Source: Candidatus Shapirobacteria bacterium
Lineage (GTDB): Bacteria > Patescibacteriota > Microgenomatia > UBA12405
Direction of reading: 5' to 3'
Assembly (NCBI GenBank): GCA_017991615.1
Contig: JAGOQF010000001.1
Location: 1 to 51,018 of the forward strand
DNA: 51,018 bases
The position numbers and the translations under genes are program-made. The notes under the pieces are model-generated. The model saw only the letters and a program-made list of their open reading frames with translations. It searched no databases and was not told where the DNA came from. Positions 28,211 through 36,904 of this stretch are shown here, piece after piece; position 1 is the stretch's first letter, and the number at the start of each line of letters is the position of its first letter.

Positions 28211-29311
28211 ATGACTAAGGAAGAAATTATTAAAATGCAGATATCTCGGATTGAAAAGGAAATTCGAGACACTCCATATCATAAAGCAACAGAACATCAT
28301 CATGGTATTTTGCGAGCAAAATTGGCTAAGCTTAAAGACGATTTAGATGGGTCGAGCAGTAAGGGTGGTGGCGGAGGGGTGGGATATGCAATTAAACATT
28401 CAGGTGATGCTTCGATAGTATTGGTGGGTTTGCCGAGTGTGGGTAAATCGACACTGTTAAACAGGGTAACGAATGCGGAATCAAAAGTAGGAAATTATGA
28501 CTTTACAACTTTGGGAGTGGTGCCGGGGATGATGGAATACAAAGGGGTTAAAATCCAAATTTTAGATTTACCGGGGATTATTGAGGGGGCGGCTGGCAAT
28601 AAAGGTTTTGGTAAAAAGGTGTTGTCGGTGATTAGAGCCTCTGATTTAGTGGTATTAATGACTGATGTGGACAGATTGGACTGGTTTAAAAAAGTGGAGC
28701 AAGAGTTATATAACTCAGGGATTAGGTTAAACACTAATCCTCCCAAAATAATAGTTCATAAGACTCACAAAGGAGCTTTGCAAATAGTTGATCCTTACTA
28801 TTCGTTTGATAAAAAAACTGTGGTTGATGTGGCTAAGGAAATGGGATTGTCAAATGCGATTATTCAATTTGGTCATAAAATTGAAAGTGTGGATAGATTG
28901 ATTGATGGTTTAAGTAAGACAAGGAAATATATGGCGGCAGTAAAAGTGGTTACTAAAATAGATATGATATCGGACAAAAAACAGTTAAATAAAATAAAAA
29001 GTGATGAAGTGGTGTTGATGAGTGCTGACAAAGGAATAGGGATTGATGAATTTAAAGAAAAGGTTTGGTTGGGGTTGGGACTGGTGCGGGTGTTTTTAAA
29101 AAAAGAGAGAAATGCCCAAGCTGATAAAGACAATCCGTTGATAATGAAAAACAGTTCAAGTTTGGATGATGTTTTGAAGCGAATATCAAGCCAGATGAGA
29201 GATGATGTTAGTCGGGCATATATTTGGGGTAAAAAGGCAAAGTTTCCTGGCCAAGAAGTGTCATTTAAGTTTACAGTGTTTGATGAAATGGAAGTTTATT
29301 TTGGGCGATGA
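28211..29311 (+). CDS. DRG/RBG1-type Obg-family GTPase with TGS domain
   Basis: EKEIRDT.YHKATEHH.G.LRAKLAKL N-terminus; GLPSVGKST, YDFTTL, DLPGIIEGA, TKID; C-terminal TGS-like region. Confidence 0.88.
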   Translation: MTKEEIIKMQISRIEKEIRDTPYHKATEHHHGILRAKLAKLKDDLDGSSSKGGGGGVGYAIKHSGDASIVLVGLPSVGKSTLLNRVTNAESKVGNYDFTTLGVVPGMMEYKGVKIQILDLPGIIEGAAGNKGFGKKVLSVIRASDLVVLMTDVDRLDWFKKVEQELYNSGIRLNTNPPKIIVHKTHKGALQIVDPYYSFDKKTVVDVAKEMGLSNAIIQFGHKIESVDRLIDGLSKTRKYMAAVKVVTKIDMISDKKQLNKIKSDEVVLMSADKGIGIDEFKEKVWLGLGLVRVFLKKERNAQADKDNPLIMKNSSSLDDVLKRISSQMRDDVSRAYIWGKKAKFPGQEVSFKFTVFDEMEVYFGR

Positions 29312-29322
29312 TATACTGAGTT

Positions 29323-29583
29323 ATGGATTCAAAGGACTTAAAACAAATGTCACAAGTGGTTGGGGTGGGAGTTGCGGAAAGATTAGATAAGTTTGAGACA
29401 AAATTAGAGAAAAAATTATTTAATTGGAAATCTGAAATTTTTAATTTAGTTGATGGTTTAGCTAAGGAAATTAGAGATACAAGAGAATTTAGAGATATTT
29501 CTAGTCATCGGATTAGCACTAACACTAGGAGGATTGAAATTTTGGAGAAGAAAGTTTTCGGATCTGTAAAGAGCGATACTTAA
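29323..29583 (+). CDS. Hypothetical coiled-coil protein
   Basis: 86-aa ORF with TATACT 5 nt upstream of the ATG. Confidence 0.5.
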   Translation: MDSKDLKQMSQVVGVGVAERLDKFETKLEKKLFNWKSEIFNLVDGLAKEIRDTREFRDISSHRISTNTRRIEILEKKVFGSVKSDT

Positions 29584-30577
29584 GGGTTTCTTTTGAAATT
29601 TTGGATGAATTTTCGAACAGAATCCTGGCTTTGGTGCCAGGGCGGGGAGAAAAAATAAAAGTATGAATTTTAGAAAAGCCAATTTGATGGCAAAGTTTAA
29701 GGGTTTGATTAAAATCGGCTTGAGTCTCACCGGGGAAACCAACGATAATATCGGTACCTAATTTTAGATCATTGATCGTAGATTGTAGATCGTAGATTTT
29801 TTTTATAATATCTTTTTTAGTATAGGGGCGGTTCATTAATTTTAAAATTTTGTCAGAACCAGATTGGATGGGGATATGAATAAATTTAGATAATCTATCA
29901 GGATAGTTTTGATAAAGTTTAATTAGATTTTTATCAATACAATTTATAGGAATAGAACCAAAACTGATTAATTTTATTGAAGTTTTGTTTAATATTTCCT
30001 GTATTAGGGAATTAAATTTATATTGATATTGTTCAATATTTACTCCGGTAATAATTATTTCTTGATAACCGTCTTTGATAGCTTGATTAACAGTGTTAAC
30101 TGCTTGATTGATAGGGAGAGAATAAAGATAATTTCGTTTAAAAGGAACGATACAATATGAACAATATTGGGTACAACCAGATTGAATTTTTAGAAGGAAT
30201 CTTTTGGTGCGGCTGAATTTGTCTTTGATTTGGCGGGTGTAGAGAGAGTTGAGTTGGCGTAAAAGTTTTTCTTTGTCTTGATTAGTAAAAAAATAAACGT
30301 TTTTGAGTTGGTTTATTTTGGTGAAATCAGCGCAACCAGTGGCATAAATTTTAGCTTTGGGATATTTGACAGAGAGAGACTTAATTTTGTTTAATGACTC
30401 TTTTTCACCCTTTTTGGTGATAGAACAAGTATTGACTAAAATAATATTGACGGGAGTGGTGGGAGTGGCGGGAAGAAATCTTTGATTAATTAAAATTTGA
30501 GACCATTGATTAGTTTCAGCAGCATTGACACGACAACCAAAATTGAAGGTAAGAAAGGTTTTTTTTGCCAAAGACAT
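29525..30577 (-). CDS. MiaB/MtaB-family methylthiotransferase lacking the TRAM domain
   Basis: UPF0004 domain (FGCRVNAAE, NTCSIT), GCTQYCSYC, HIPIQSGSD, TDIIVGFPGET; the protein ends just after FSPRPGT. Confidence 0.85.
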   Translation of the reverse strand: MSLAKKTFLTFNFGCRVNAAETNQWSQILINQRFLPATPTTPVNIILVNTCSITKKGEKESLNKIKSLSVKYPKAKIYATGCADFTKINQLKNVYFFTNQDKEKLLRQLNSLYTRQIKDKFSRTKRFLLKIQSGCTQYCSYCIVPFKRNYLYSLPINQAVNTVNQAIKDGYQEIIITGVNIEQYQYKFNSLIQEILNKTSIKLISFGSIPINCIDKNLIKLYQNYPDRLSKFIHIPIQSGSDKILKLMNRPYTKKDIIKKIYDLQSTINDLKLGTDIIVGFPGETQADFNQTLKLCHQIGFSKIHTFIFSPRPGTKARILFENSSKISKETLKYRSLQIRKLSSPKFQSS

Positions 30578-30599
30578 GAGAAATTATAGCAAACGAAGT

Positions 30600-31475
30600 T
30601 TAAGATTTTGATTGAGGGTTATTTTTGATAAAGTCTTTAATGTAGTCGATAACATCAATGGTGGTAGTCCAACCTAATTGTTGGGCTTTGTCAGGAATAT
30701 TGCCAGATTCGGTGCGACCGGGATAACCATCGATATATTCAACAGGACTGCCGAAAGCTTGAGCAATCTCAATGACGGAATGGGCTTTGGGATTGTTGAG
30801 AGCATAGCCGTCGCCTTGACCCTTTTGGGCCACTAAAATCATACCGGCGGCTAAATCTTTAACATAAGTAAAATTTCTTTTTTGAGTACCTGGTTTGATA
30901 ATAGTGAGTTGACGATGGTTAAGGTAATCCTGTTGGAATTTGGCGATCAAAGTAGCATATTTACCGACTCCATTTTCGCGCGGTCCGAAAGCATTGTAGA
31001 AATAACAAATGGCATACGGTAGATGATACCATTGGCCGTAATTATTAATTAAATCGACATTATTGGCTTTGGTAAAAGAGTAAGGGTTGGTGTGACGCTC
31101 TTGACCTTCAGAGGCAAATTTGGTGCTAGAAGCGGCATAAACCAATTTACCGACTTGGCGGTGGCGGCAAAATTCAACTACAGCAAAAGTGCCAACAGTA
31201 TTCAGATCATAAACTATTTCGGGTTCGTCCAGAGATGGAGCAACTCGAGCATATTCGCCTAAGTGAAAGACAATGTCGGGGGTTTCGGGAATTAATTTGT
31301 CAATATCTTTGGTATGACCTCGGCGATAGTCAACTCCCGGAAAGTGATTGTTGGGACTGCCGGTAAAATAATTATCCAGGGATATGATTTTATTATTGGT
31401 ATCGGTTAATAACTGTTCAATAAGGTGGGAACCAATATGTCCGGCGCCGCCGGTGACGAGGATTATTTTTGTCAT
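30600..31475 (-). CDS. NAD-dependent epimerase/dehydratase
   Basis: VTGGAGHIG, LDNYFTG, YSFTK (YxxxK), FYNAFGP, QKRNFTYVKD. Confidence 0.88.
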   Translation of the reverse strand: MTKIILVTGGAGHIGSHLIEQLLTDTNNKIISLDNYFTGSPNNHFPGVDYRRGHTKDIDKLIPETPDIVFHLGEYARVAPSLDEPEIVYDLNTVGTFAVVEFCRHRQVGKLVYAASSTKFASEGQERHTNPYSFTKANNVDLINNYGQWYHLPYAICYFYNAFGPRENGVGKYATLIAKFQQDYLNHRQLTIIKPGTQKRNFTYVKDLAAGMILVAQKGQGDGYALNNPKAHSVIEIAQAFGSPVEYIDGYPGRTESGNIPDKAQQLGWTTTIDVIDYIKDFIKNNPQSKS

Positions 31476-31482
31476 AAATTTT

Positions 31483-32577
<1,095 letters not shown>

Positions 32578-32640
32578 TTAGATTATAGCATTGGCTGAAA
32601 CTATAAAAAAAATTGGTATCTTGTTATAATAATGAACGTT

Positions 32641-32725
32641 GCCGCAGTGGTGAAACTGGTATACACGCAAGACTTAAAATCTTGTGCTCTCAACAAGCGT
32701 GTGGGTTCGATTCCCGCCTGCGGCA
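32641..32725 (+). tRNA. tRNA-Leu(TAA)
   Basis: CAAGA-CT TAA AA-TCTTG anticodon arm; long variable arm. Confidence 0.95.
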
Positions 32726-32767
32726 CTGGATGATATTTAGTATTAAACAAATATAATCCTACTTTAA

Positions 32768-32840
32768 AATTTACGGGGATTGGCGCCCGCCTGCAAAAGC
32801 TACCGCCTTAGGCGGTTGTTGGCAGGCAATTGGCTAGCGT
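32768..32840 (+). repeat. Duplicated 5' fragment of tRNA-Pro interrupted by a 41-nt nested palindrome
   Basis: AATTTACGGGGATTGGCGC + insert 32787-32827 + AATTGGCTAGCGT; the flanks are identical to 32856-32887. Confidence 0.85.
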
Positions 32841-32861
32841 TCAATCCTAATTAACAATTTA

Positions 32862-32935
32862 CGGGGATTGGCGCAATTGGCTAGCGTGCATGGTTTGGGA
32901 CCATGAGGTTGCAGGTTCGAATCCTGTATCCCCGA
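32862..32935 (+). tRNA. tRNA-Pro(TGG)
   Basis: CATGG-TT TGG GA-CCATG anticodon arm. Confidence 0.96.
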
Positions 32936-32938
32936 CTA

Positions 32939-32991
32939 ATACAGGATGAGAAGTTTATCCGCCGTCTGGCGGAAATCCTGTATCCCCGACT
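32939..32991 (+). repeat. Hairpin carrying a duplicated tRNA-Pro 3' end
   Basis: AATCCTGTATCCCCGACT at 32974-32991 equals 32920-32937; ATACAGGAT/ATCCTGTAT outer stem, TCCGCC-gtct-GGCGGA inner stem. Confidence 0.85.
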
Positions 32992-33009
32992 TTGGTAAAA
33001 TAGATTAAC

Positions 33010-33080
33010 GCGGGATTAGTTAATCGGTATAACTTCACTTTTCCAAAGTGAAATGATGGGTTCGACTCCCATATCCCGCT
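33010..33080 (+). tRNA. tRNA-Gly(TCC)
   Basis: TCACT-TT TCC AA-AGTGA anticodon arm; U discriminator. Confidence 0.93.
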
Positions 33081-33107
33081 CAGAGGTTAATTTTTAAAAT
33101 AAAAAAT

Positions 33108-33443
33108 ATGAAGGCGGTAATTAAATTATTATTAGGTGGTTTGGCGGTTTTGATTTCGGCTTATATAATTCCAGGGATTTTGGTGCCGGATTTTGGGGTG
33201 GCAATTGTGGTGTCGGTGGTATTGTCGATTGTAAATTTTTTGATTAAGCCATTCTTGCTAGTATTGACTTTACCAGTAAATGTGATGACTTTAGGTTTGT
33301 TTACATTGATAATAAATGCGTTGATGATCGAGATAGTAGCAATGATAGTGCCGGGTTTTGGGGTAGAAAATTTTTTGGTGGCAATATTGTTTGGAATAGT
33401 TTTATCGTTAATGAACGGGTTTTTGTCTAAATTGGCAGAATAG
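33108..33443 (+). CDS. YvlD / 4-TM 'phage holin family' membrane protein
   Basis: IKPFLLVLTLPVNVMTLGLFTLIINA signature. Confidence 0.88.
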   Translation: MKAVIKLLLGGLAVLISAYIIPGILVPDFGVAIVVSVVLSIVNFLIKPFLLVLTLPVNVMTLGLFTLIINALMIEIVAMIVPGFGVENFLVAILFGIVLSLMNGFLSKLAE

Positions 33444-33464
33444 TTTTGAGTTGGATTTCTTGGG

Positions 33465-33536
33465 TGATAAAATATGTGATTGGTCGTGGTGTTGAAATTG
33501 GTAGACAAGCACCGTTCAGGGCGGTGTCCCGTCAAA
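33465..33536 (+). repeat. att-like copy of the tRNA-Leu(CAG) -10 region and 5' two-thirds
   Basis: 71 of 72 nt identical to 36396-36467. Confidence 0.93.
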
Positions 33537-33574
33537 CGGGGTTTATTTTGGTTAATATTTTTTATGATTGAGTC

Positions 33575-34762
33575 TTATCTTGTTATAGGTAAAGTTTGTG
33601 TATTGTTTGTATCCCATTCGATTTCAGTTATTTTTATGTTATCAGTGACGTTTGCCCAATTGTGACCTCCTATGTATTCTACAGATTCAGAGATAACTGG
33701 AAAACGTAATTTATTTCTTAAGAATACTAACGATTGGGTGTTGATTTTACCTGAAATTTTAATAAGATCTGATTTAAGTGTGATTTGTTCTTGGAAAATT
33801 CCAACATGAGAACAAGCTTTAACCACTTCTTCTATACTTGGTATTCTATAATGTGTTTTACATAGTTCTCTTTGATTACAATTACTTTCTTTACACATTC
33901 GACCAGCAAATACTCCGGCTCTATCTGGTTGGTGTAAGCTTTTTGATACGGAGCATGGGGTGTTTCCAAAAAATACTGGGTATTCACAAAATTCATTTTT
34001 AATGATTTCATGTAATCTTTGCCTTACTCCTTTAGGCCAAACTTCACCGAGAGATGAAAAGTCAAAATCGTAATTGTTTAATTCTGGCCAGAGTTTTGAT
34101 ATATGATTTCTAATTCCGTCATTAAGTCGTAAACCATTAACAACAGAACAGTTAGCATATTTGCTGACATGATTAAGTATATTTCTAAACTGTTCGTTTT
34201 TAGAATTTAAAGGGGTAAATGGTCTCCAGTAATGGACAACTGGAACGTTATATTTATGTAGGCGGACAAAATTTTCTCTTTGTTGTTCTTCAATTACTGT
34301 TGGTTCGAAATCGGTACCTGCTAAACCGGAGTAGCTTACATAAAATATAACATCTTGTGGAATATTTTTTGAAAGTTTTATGAAGCTATCTGGAATTTGT
34401 CGTTTAGTTATAAAAATAAGTGGATTTTTATAATTACTTTCCCCATATAAGGCTATAAGTTTACTATAATATTCAATATTAGTTTTAGTAGAGAATGCAT
34501 CGGTTTGACTTCCAAAGTGAACAGGTATATTTTCTTGGTATGTTGGAGCTAGTTTTAATTGTTCTAATATGATTTCTGGAGGGTTTATTTCTTTTGGTTG
34601 TGTAGGTGTTAGATTGTCAAGCTTAAAAAAACAGTATTGACAGTTTATAGGGCAACCTTCGACACCTTTAGTTTCTCCAAGCCATGTTTGAAATTGAGTA
34701 AAAATTTCTCTATTAAATTTTTTTGGGTTGATACCTTGACCTCTTAAAATTTCTTTATTCAT
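33575..34762 (-). CDS. Radical SAM protein (SPL/Rv2578c-like core) with extra C-terminal Cys cluster
   Basis: GCPINCQYC; FGSQTDAF, FITK, YWRPF; NTPCSV…MCKESNCNQRELC; ATG 34762 overlaps the MazG stop. Confidence 0.82.
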   Translation of the reverse strand: MNKEILRGQGINPKKFNREIFTQFQTWLGETKGVEGCPINCQYCFFKLDNLTPTQPKEINPPEIILEQLKLAPTYQENIPVHFGSQTDAFSTKTNIEYYSKLIALYGESNYKNPLIFITKRQIPDSFIKLSKNIPQDVIFYVSYSGLAGTDFEPTVIEEQQRENFVRLHKYNVPVVHYWRPFTPLNSKNEQFRNILNHVSKYANCSVVNGLRLNDGIRNHISKLWPELNNYDFDFSSLGEVWPKGVRQRLHEIIKNEFCEYPVFFGNTPCSVSKSLHQPDRAGVFAGRMCKESNCNQRELCKTHYRIPSIEEVVKACSHVGIFQEQITLKSDLIKISGKINTQSLVFLRNKLRFPVISESVEYIGGHNWANVTDNIKITEIEWDTNNTQTLPITR

Positions 34763-35081
34763 TAAATTTTTTAAGCTTTTTTTTGAGATCAATACTCATT
34801 TCTTGTAAAGCTTGAGGAATATTTACTTTATATTTTTCAGATAAGACAACAATTGCCCAAAAACAGTCTGCAATTTCATGACGTAATGCTTTTTCTAGAT
34901 CTTTATTGACTGATCTAAAACCTTCTTTTGCCAATATTAAGCGAGCAAGATCGCCAATATCTGTCATTAAACCGATTAATAATTCTTCATTGCCCCATTT
35001 TTTACCAACGCTTTTTTGTTCAAAATTTTCTAAAAGTGTTCTGGTTTCCATTACTATATTAACAATGTCAGAATACTTCAC
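34755..35081 (-). CDS. MazG-like all-alpha NTP pyrophosphohydrolase
   Basis: GLMTDIGDLARL…EG.R…LRHEIADCFWAIVVLSEKY; GTG 35081 overlaps the NUDIX TGA, with AGGAGG upstream. Confidence 0.82.
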   Translation of the reverse strand: MKYSDIVNIVMETRTLLENFEQKSVGKKWGNEELLIGLMTDIGDLARLILAKEGFRSVNKDLEKALRHEIADCFWAIVVLSEKYKVNIPQALQEMSIDLKKKLKKFNE

Positions 35082-35617
35082 ATTTCCTCCTTTAGCCACA
35101 TTAAGAATGTTTGAGTAAATTTATCTGGATTAATGTTTGCACTCTTTTTTATTTCGTTAATTGGTTTCCAAAAAAGAGACGTAATTTTAGGACTAATTGG
35201 TTTAAGATGTTTTTTATAAAAATATGCTTGATATAATGAAACGAATTCTCTGTTGTAAAGGTTTGGATCATATTTATAACGTTTGATAATTTTTTTTGGA
35301 CCAGAAATATGTTTGATATTTAATTCATTAATATCTAGACCAAGTTCTTCTTTCAAACCTCTAGAAAGGGCTTTAATATCACTTTCTTCATCTTCTATAA
35401 TAAGTTGTGTTGCTAATGTTTGATCGAATAGTCCTTTAGCAATATCCACCTGATCAGATCTTTTTTGAACTAATAAGAGGTTTTTATGGATTAGATTTAA
35501 TTGGACTGCTCGATGCCAATCACCATTTTTGTGTACAATATGTCTTTCCTTTATTCCAATTTTATTTCCATTTTCGTCATAGATATAAAATAACTGATTG
35601 TTATTTATTTGTTTCAT
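35078..35617 (-). CDS. NUDIX hydrolase (IPP-isomerase/YfcD-like)
   Basis: YDENG..IG…VHK.GDWHRAV…LLVQKRS…RGLKEELG…NREFV. Confidence 0.85.
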   Translation of the reverse strand: MKQINNNQLFYIYDENGNKIGIKERHIVHKNGDWHRAVQLNLIHKNLLLVQKRSDQVDIAKGLFDQTLATQLIIEDEESDIKALSRGLKEELGLDINELNIKHISGPKKIIKRYKYDPNLYNREFVSLYQAYFYKKHLKPISPKITSLFWKPINEIKKSANINPDKFTQTFLMWLKEEM

Positions 35618-36332
35618 CTATCACTTTCTTAAAGTTTAATTTAAGGTCAAGAAGTCTAGCTGGGGTGCCAAAATCAATAACTGGTCCAGTTAAGAAATAG
35701 GCATTCAAAATCGATTTTTCACCTCTCATTATACGTGTTTTGTTTACTTTTTCAATTCTAGTTAGCACATCAAAATAGAAATTTTCACCTTCGCCTTGGG
35801 AAGGTGGTTTGCTGCTAAATTTTTTTAATAACTCAGTGTCAACAATTGTTACTGGTGCGCGAATGATACTTTTATCACTTCTTCCAATTATTGCATTGTT
35901 TGGGGTTATATCCATGCCCCTGTAGTTATCCATACCAGGGTAAGAATATTTTGTTACTGCCCAAGTAATTGTTCCAGGTTCGTGTTTAGCAATCATGTCA
36001 GGTAAATCTTTGTAAGGAAAAACACAATCTACTGCTATAGCTAAAACAGTTCCACCAGGTTGTTTAATGGCTTCTACTATTCCACCTGGTTTTTGCCAAA
36101 TCATACGATGATTTGTTAGTTCTAATAGATTCTTGTATTGGTAGTAGTAGTTATCAGCAGACCATGTTGCTGTCAAACCGATTTTTTGGAGTTGTTCAAG
36201 TATATAGTCAAAAGCTGTGTATTGGTGTTGTAGTTCAACAAAACATTTTGGTTGGTTGCATCCAGTGATACTTTCAAGTCTTTTTCCGATACCTCCAGCT
36301 AACATGAGTGTTTCAATTTCTCTTTCTTTCAT
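35601..36332 (-). CDS. Nucleotidyltransferase (sugar-phosphate NTP transferase fold)
   Basis: LAGGIGKRL…PK N-terminal motif; C-terminal IDFGTP. Confidence 0.8.
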   Translation of the reverse strand: MKEREIETLMLAGGIGKRLESITGCNQPKCFVELQHQYTAFDYILEQLQKIGLTATWSADNYYYQYKNLLELTNHRMIWQKPGGIVEAIKQPGGTVLAIAVDCVFPYKDLPDMIAKHEPGTITWAVTKYSYPGMDNYRGMDITPNNAIIGRSDKSIIRAPVTIVDTELLKKFSSKPPSQGEGENFYFDVLTRIEKVNKTRIMRGEKSILNAYFLTGPVIDFGTPARLLDLKLNFKKVIDETNK

Positions 36333-36413
36333 TAATCGGTTTTATTGTATCATTTAATTTTAATTAGACAAGTGTTTGGAGACAGATTTTTTGAATGATA
36401 AAATATGTGATTG

Positions 36414-36497
36414 GCCGTGGTGTTGAAATTGGTAGACAAGCACCGTTCAGGGCGGTGTCCCGTCAAAGGGGTGGAGGTTCAAATCCTCTCCACGGCA
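36414..36497 (+). tRNA. tRNA-Leu(CAG)
   Basis: CACCG-TT CAG GG-CGGTG anticodon arm; long variable arm. Confidence 0.95.
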
Positions 36498-36555
36498 CTG
36501 CGGACTTGGATGGTAGAAAAAAGGTTTCGATTTAGTATAATATAAATCACGAGGC

Positions 36556-36628
36556 GCCGAAGTAGCCAAGATGGTCACGGCACTGGTCTGAAAAACCTGG
36601 GATGTCAGTTCGAGTCTGACCTTCGGCA
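36556..36628 (+). tRNA. tRNA-Phe(GAA)
   Basis: GCCGAAG/CTTCGGC acceptor; CT GAA AA loop; one T-T mismatch in the anticodon stem. Confidence 0.88.
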
Positions 36629-36683
36629 CTTATACTAGGTCTTAGGTTATAGATCGTAGATCTAGTAAAATATAGTAAAGTAT

Positions 36684-36756
36684 GCGGGAATAGCTCAATT
36701 GGTGGAGCGTCTCCTTGCCAAGGAGAAGGCCGCGGGTTCGAGTCCCGTTTCCCGCT
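36684..36756 (+). tRNA. tRNA-Gly(GCC)
   Basis: TCTCC-TT GCC AA-GGAGA anticodon arm. Confidence 0.95.
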
Positions 36757-36789
36757 CATTTCGTTTTGTAACCGGACTTTCTAAAATTC

Positions 36790-36863
36790 GGGTTTGTAGC
36801 TCAATTGGTTAGAGCGCTCGGTTTACATCCGAAAGGTTAGAGGTTCAAGTCCTCTCAGACCCA
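36790..36863 (+). tRNA. tRNA-Val(TAC)
   Basis: TCGG-TT TAC AT-CCGA anticodon arm; TTCAAGT T-loop. Confidence 0.93.
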
Positions 36864-36904
36864 CTTTTTAAATTCGTAACTATTTGGTAGAGGTAGAAGA
36901 GATA

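Larger units (their letters stand above)
33465..36467. mobile_element. tRNA-Leu(CAG)-anchored islet carrying a 4-gene nucleotide-chemistry operon (no integrase)
   Basis: 72-bp direct repeats; four overlapping minus-strand genes; the host G>C skew is lost in a spot count (34021-34140: G19, C23). Confidence 0.82.

Noticed and set aside
33108-33443. Prophage lysis module suggested by 'phage holin family' genes (also 45535-45951)
   Set aside because: YvlD-like 4-TM proteins are common chromosomal genes, and there are no capsid, terminase, endolysin or integrase genes nearby
33575-34762. Islet radical SAM protein as a prokaryotic viperin or QueE
   Set aside because: The motif context (CPINCQYC, GSQTDAF, YWRP) resembles SPL/Rv2578c-like enzymes rather than viperin (CNYxCxFC) or QueE; only an analogy is claimed
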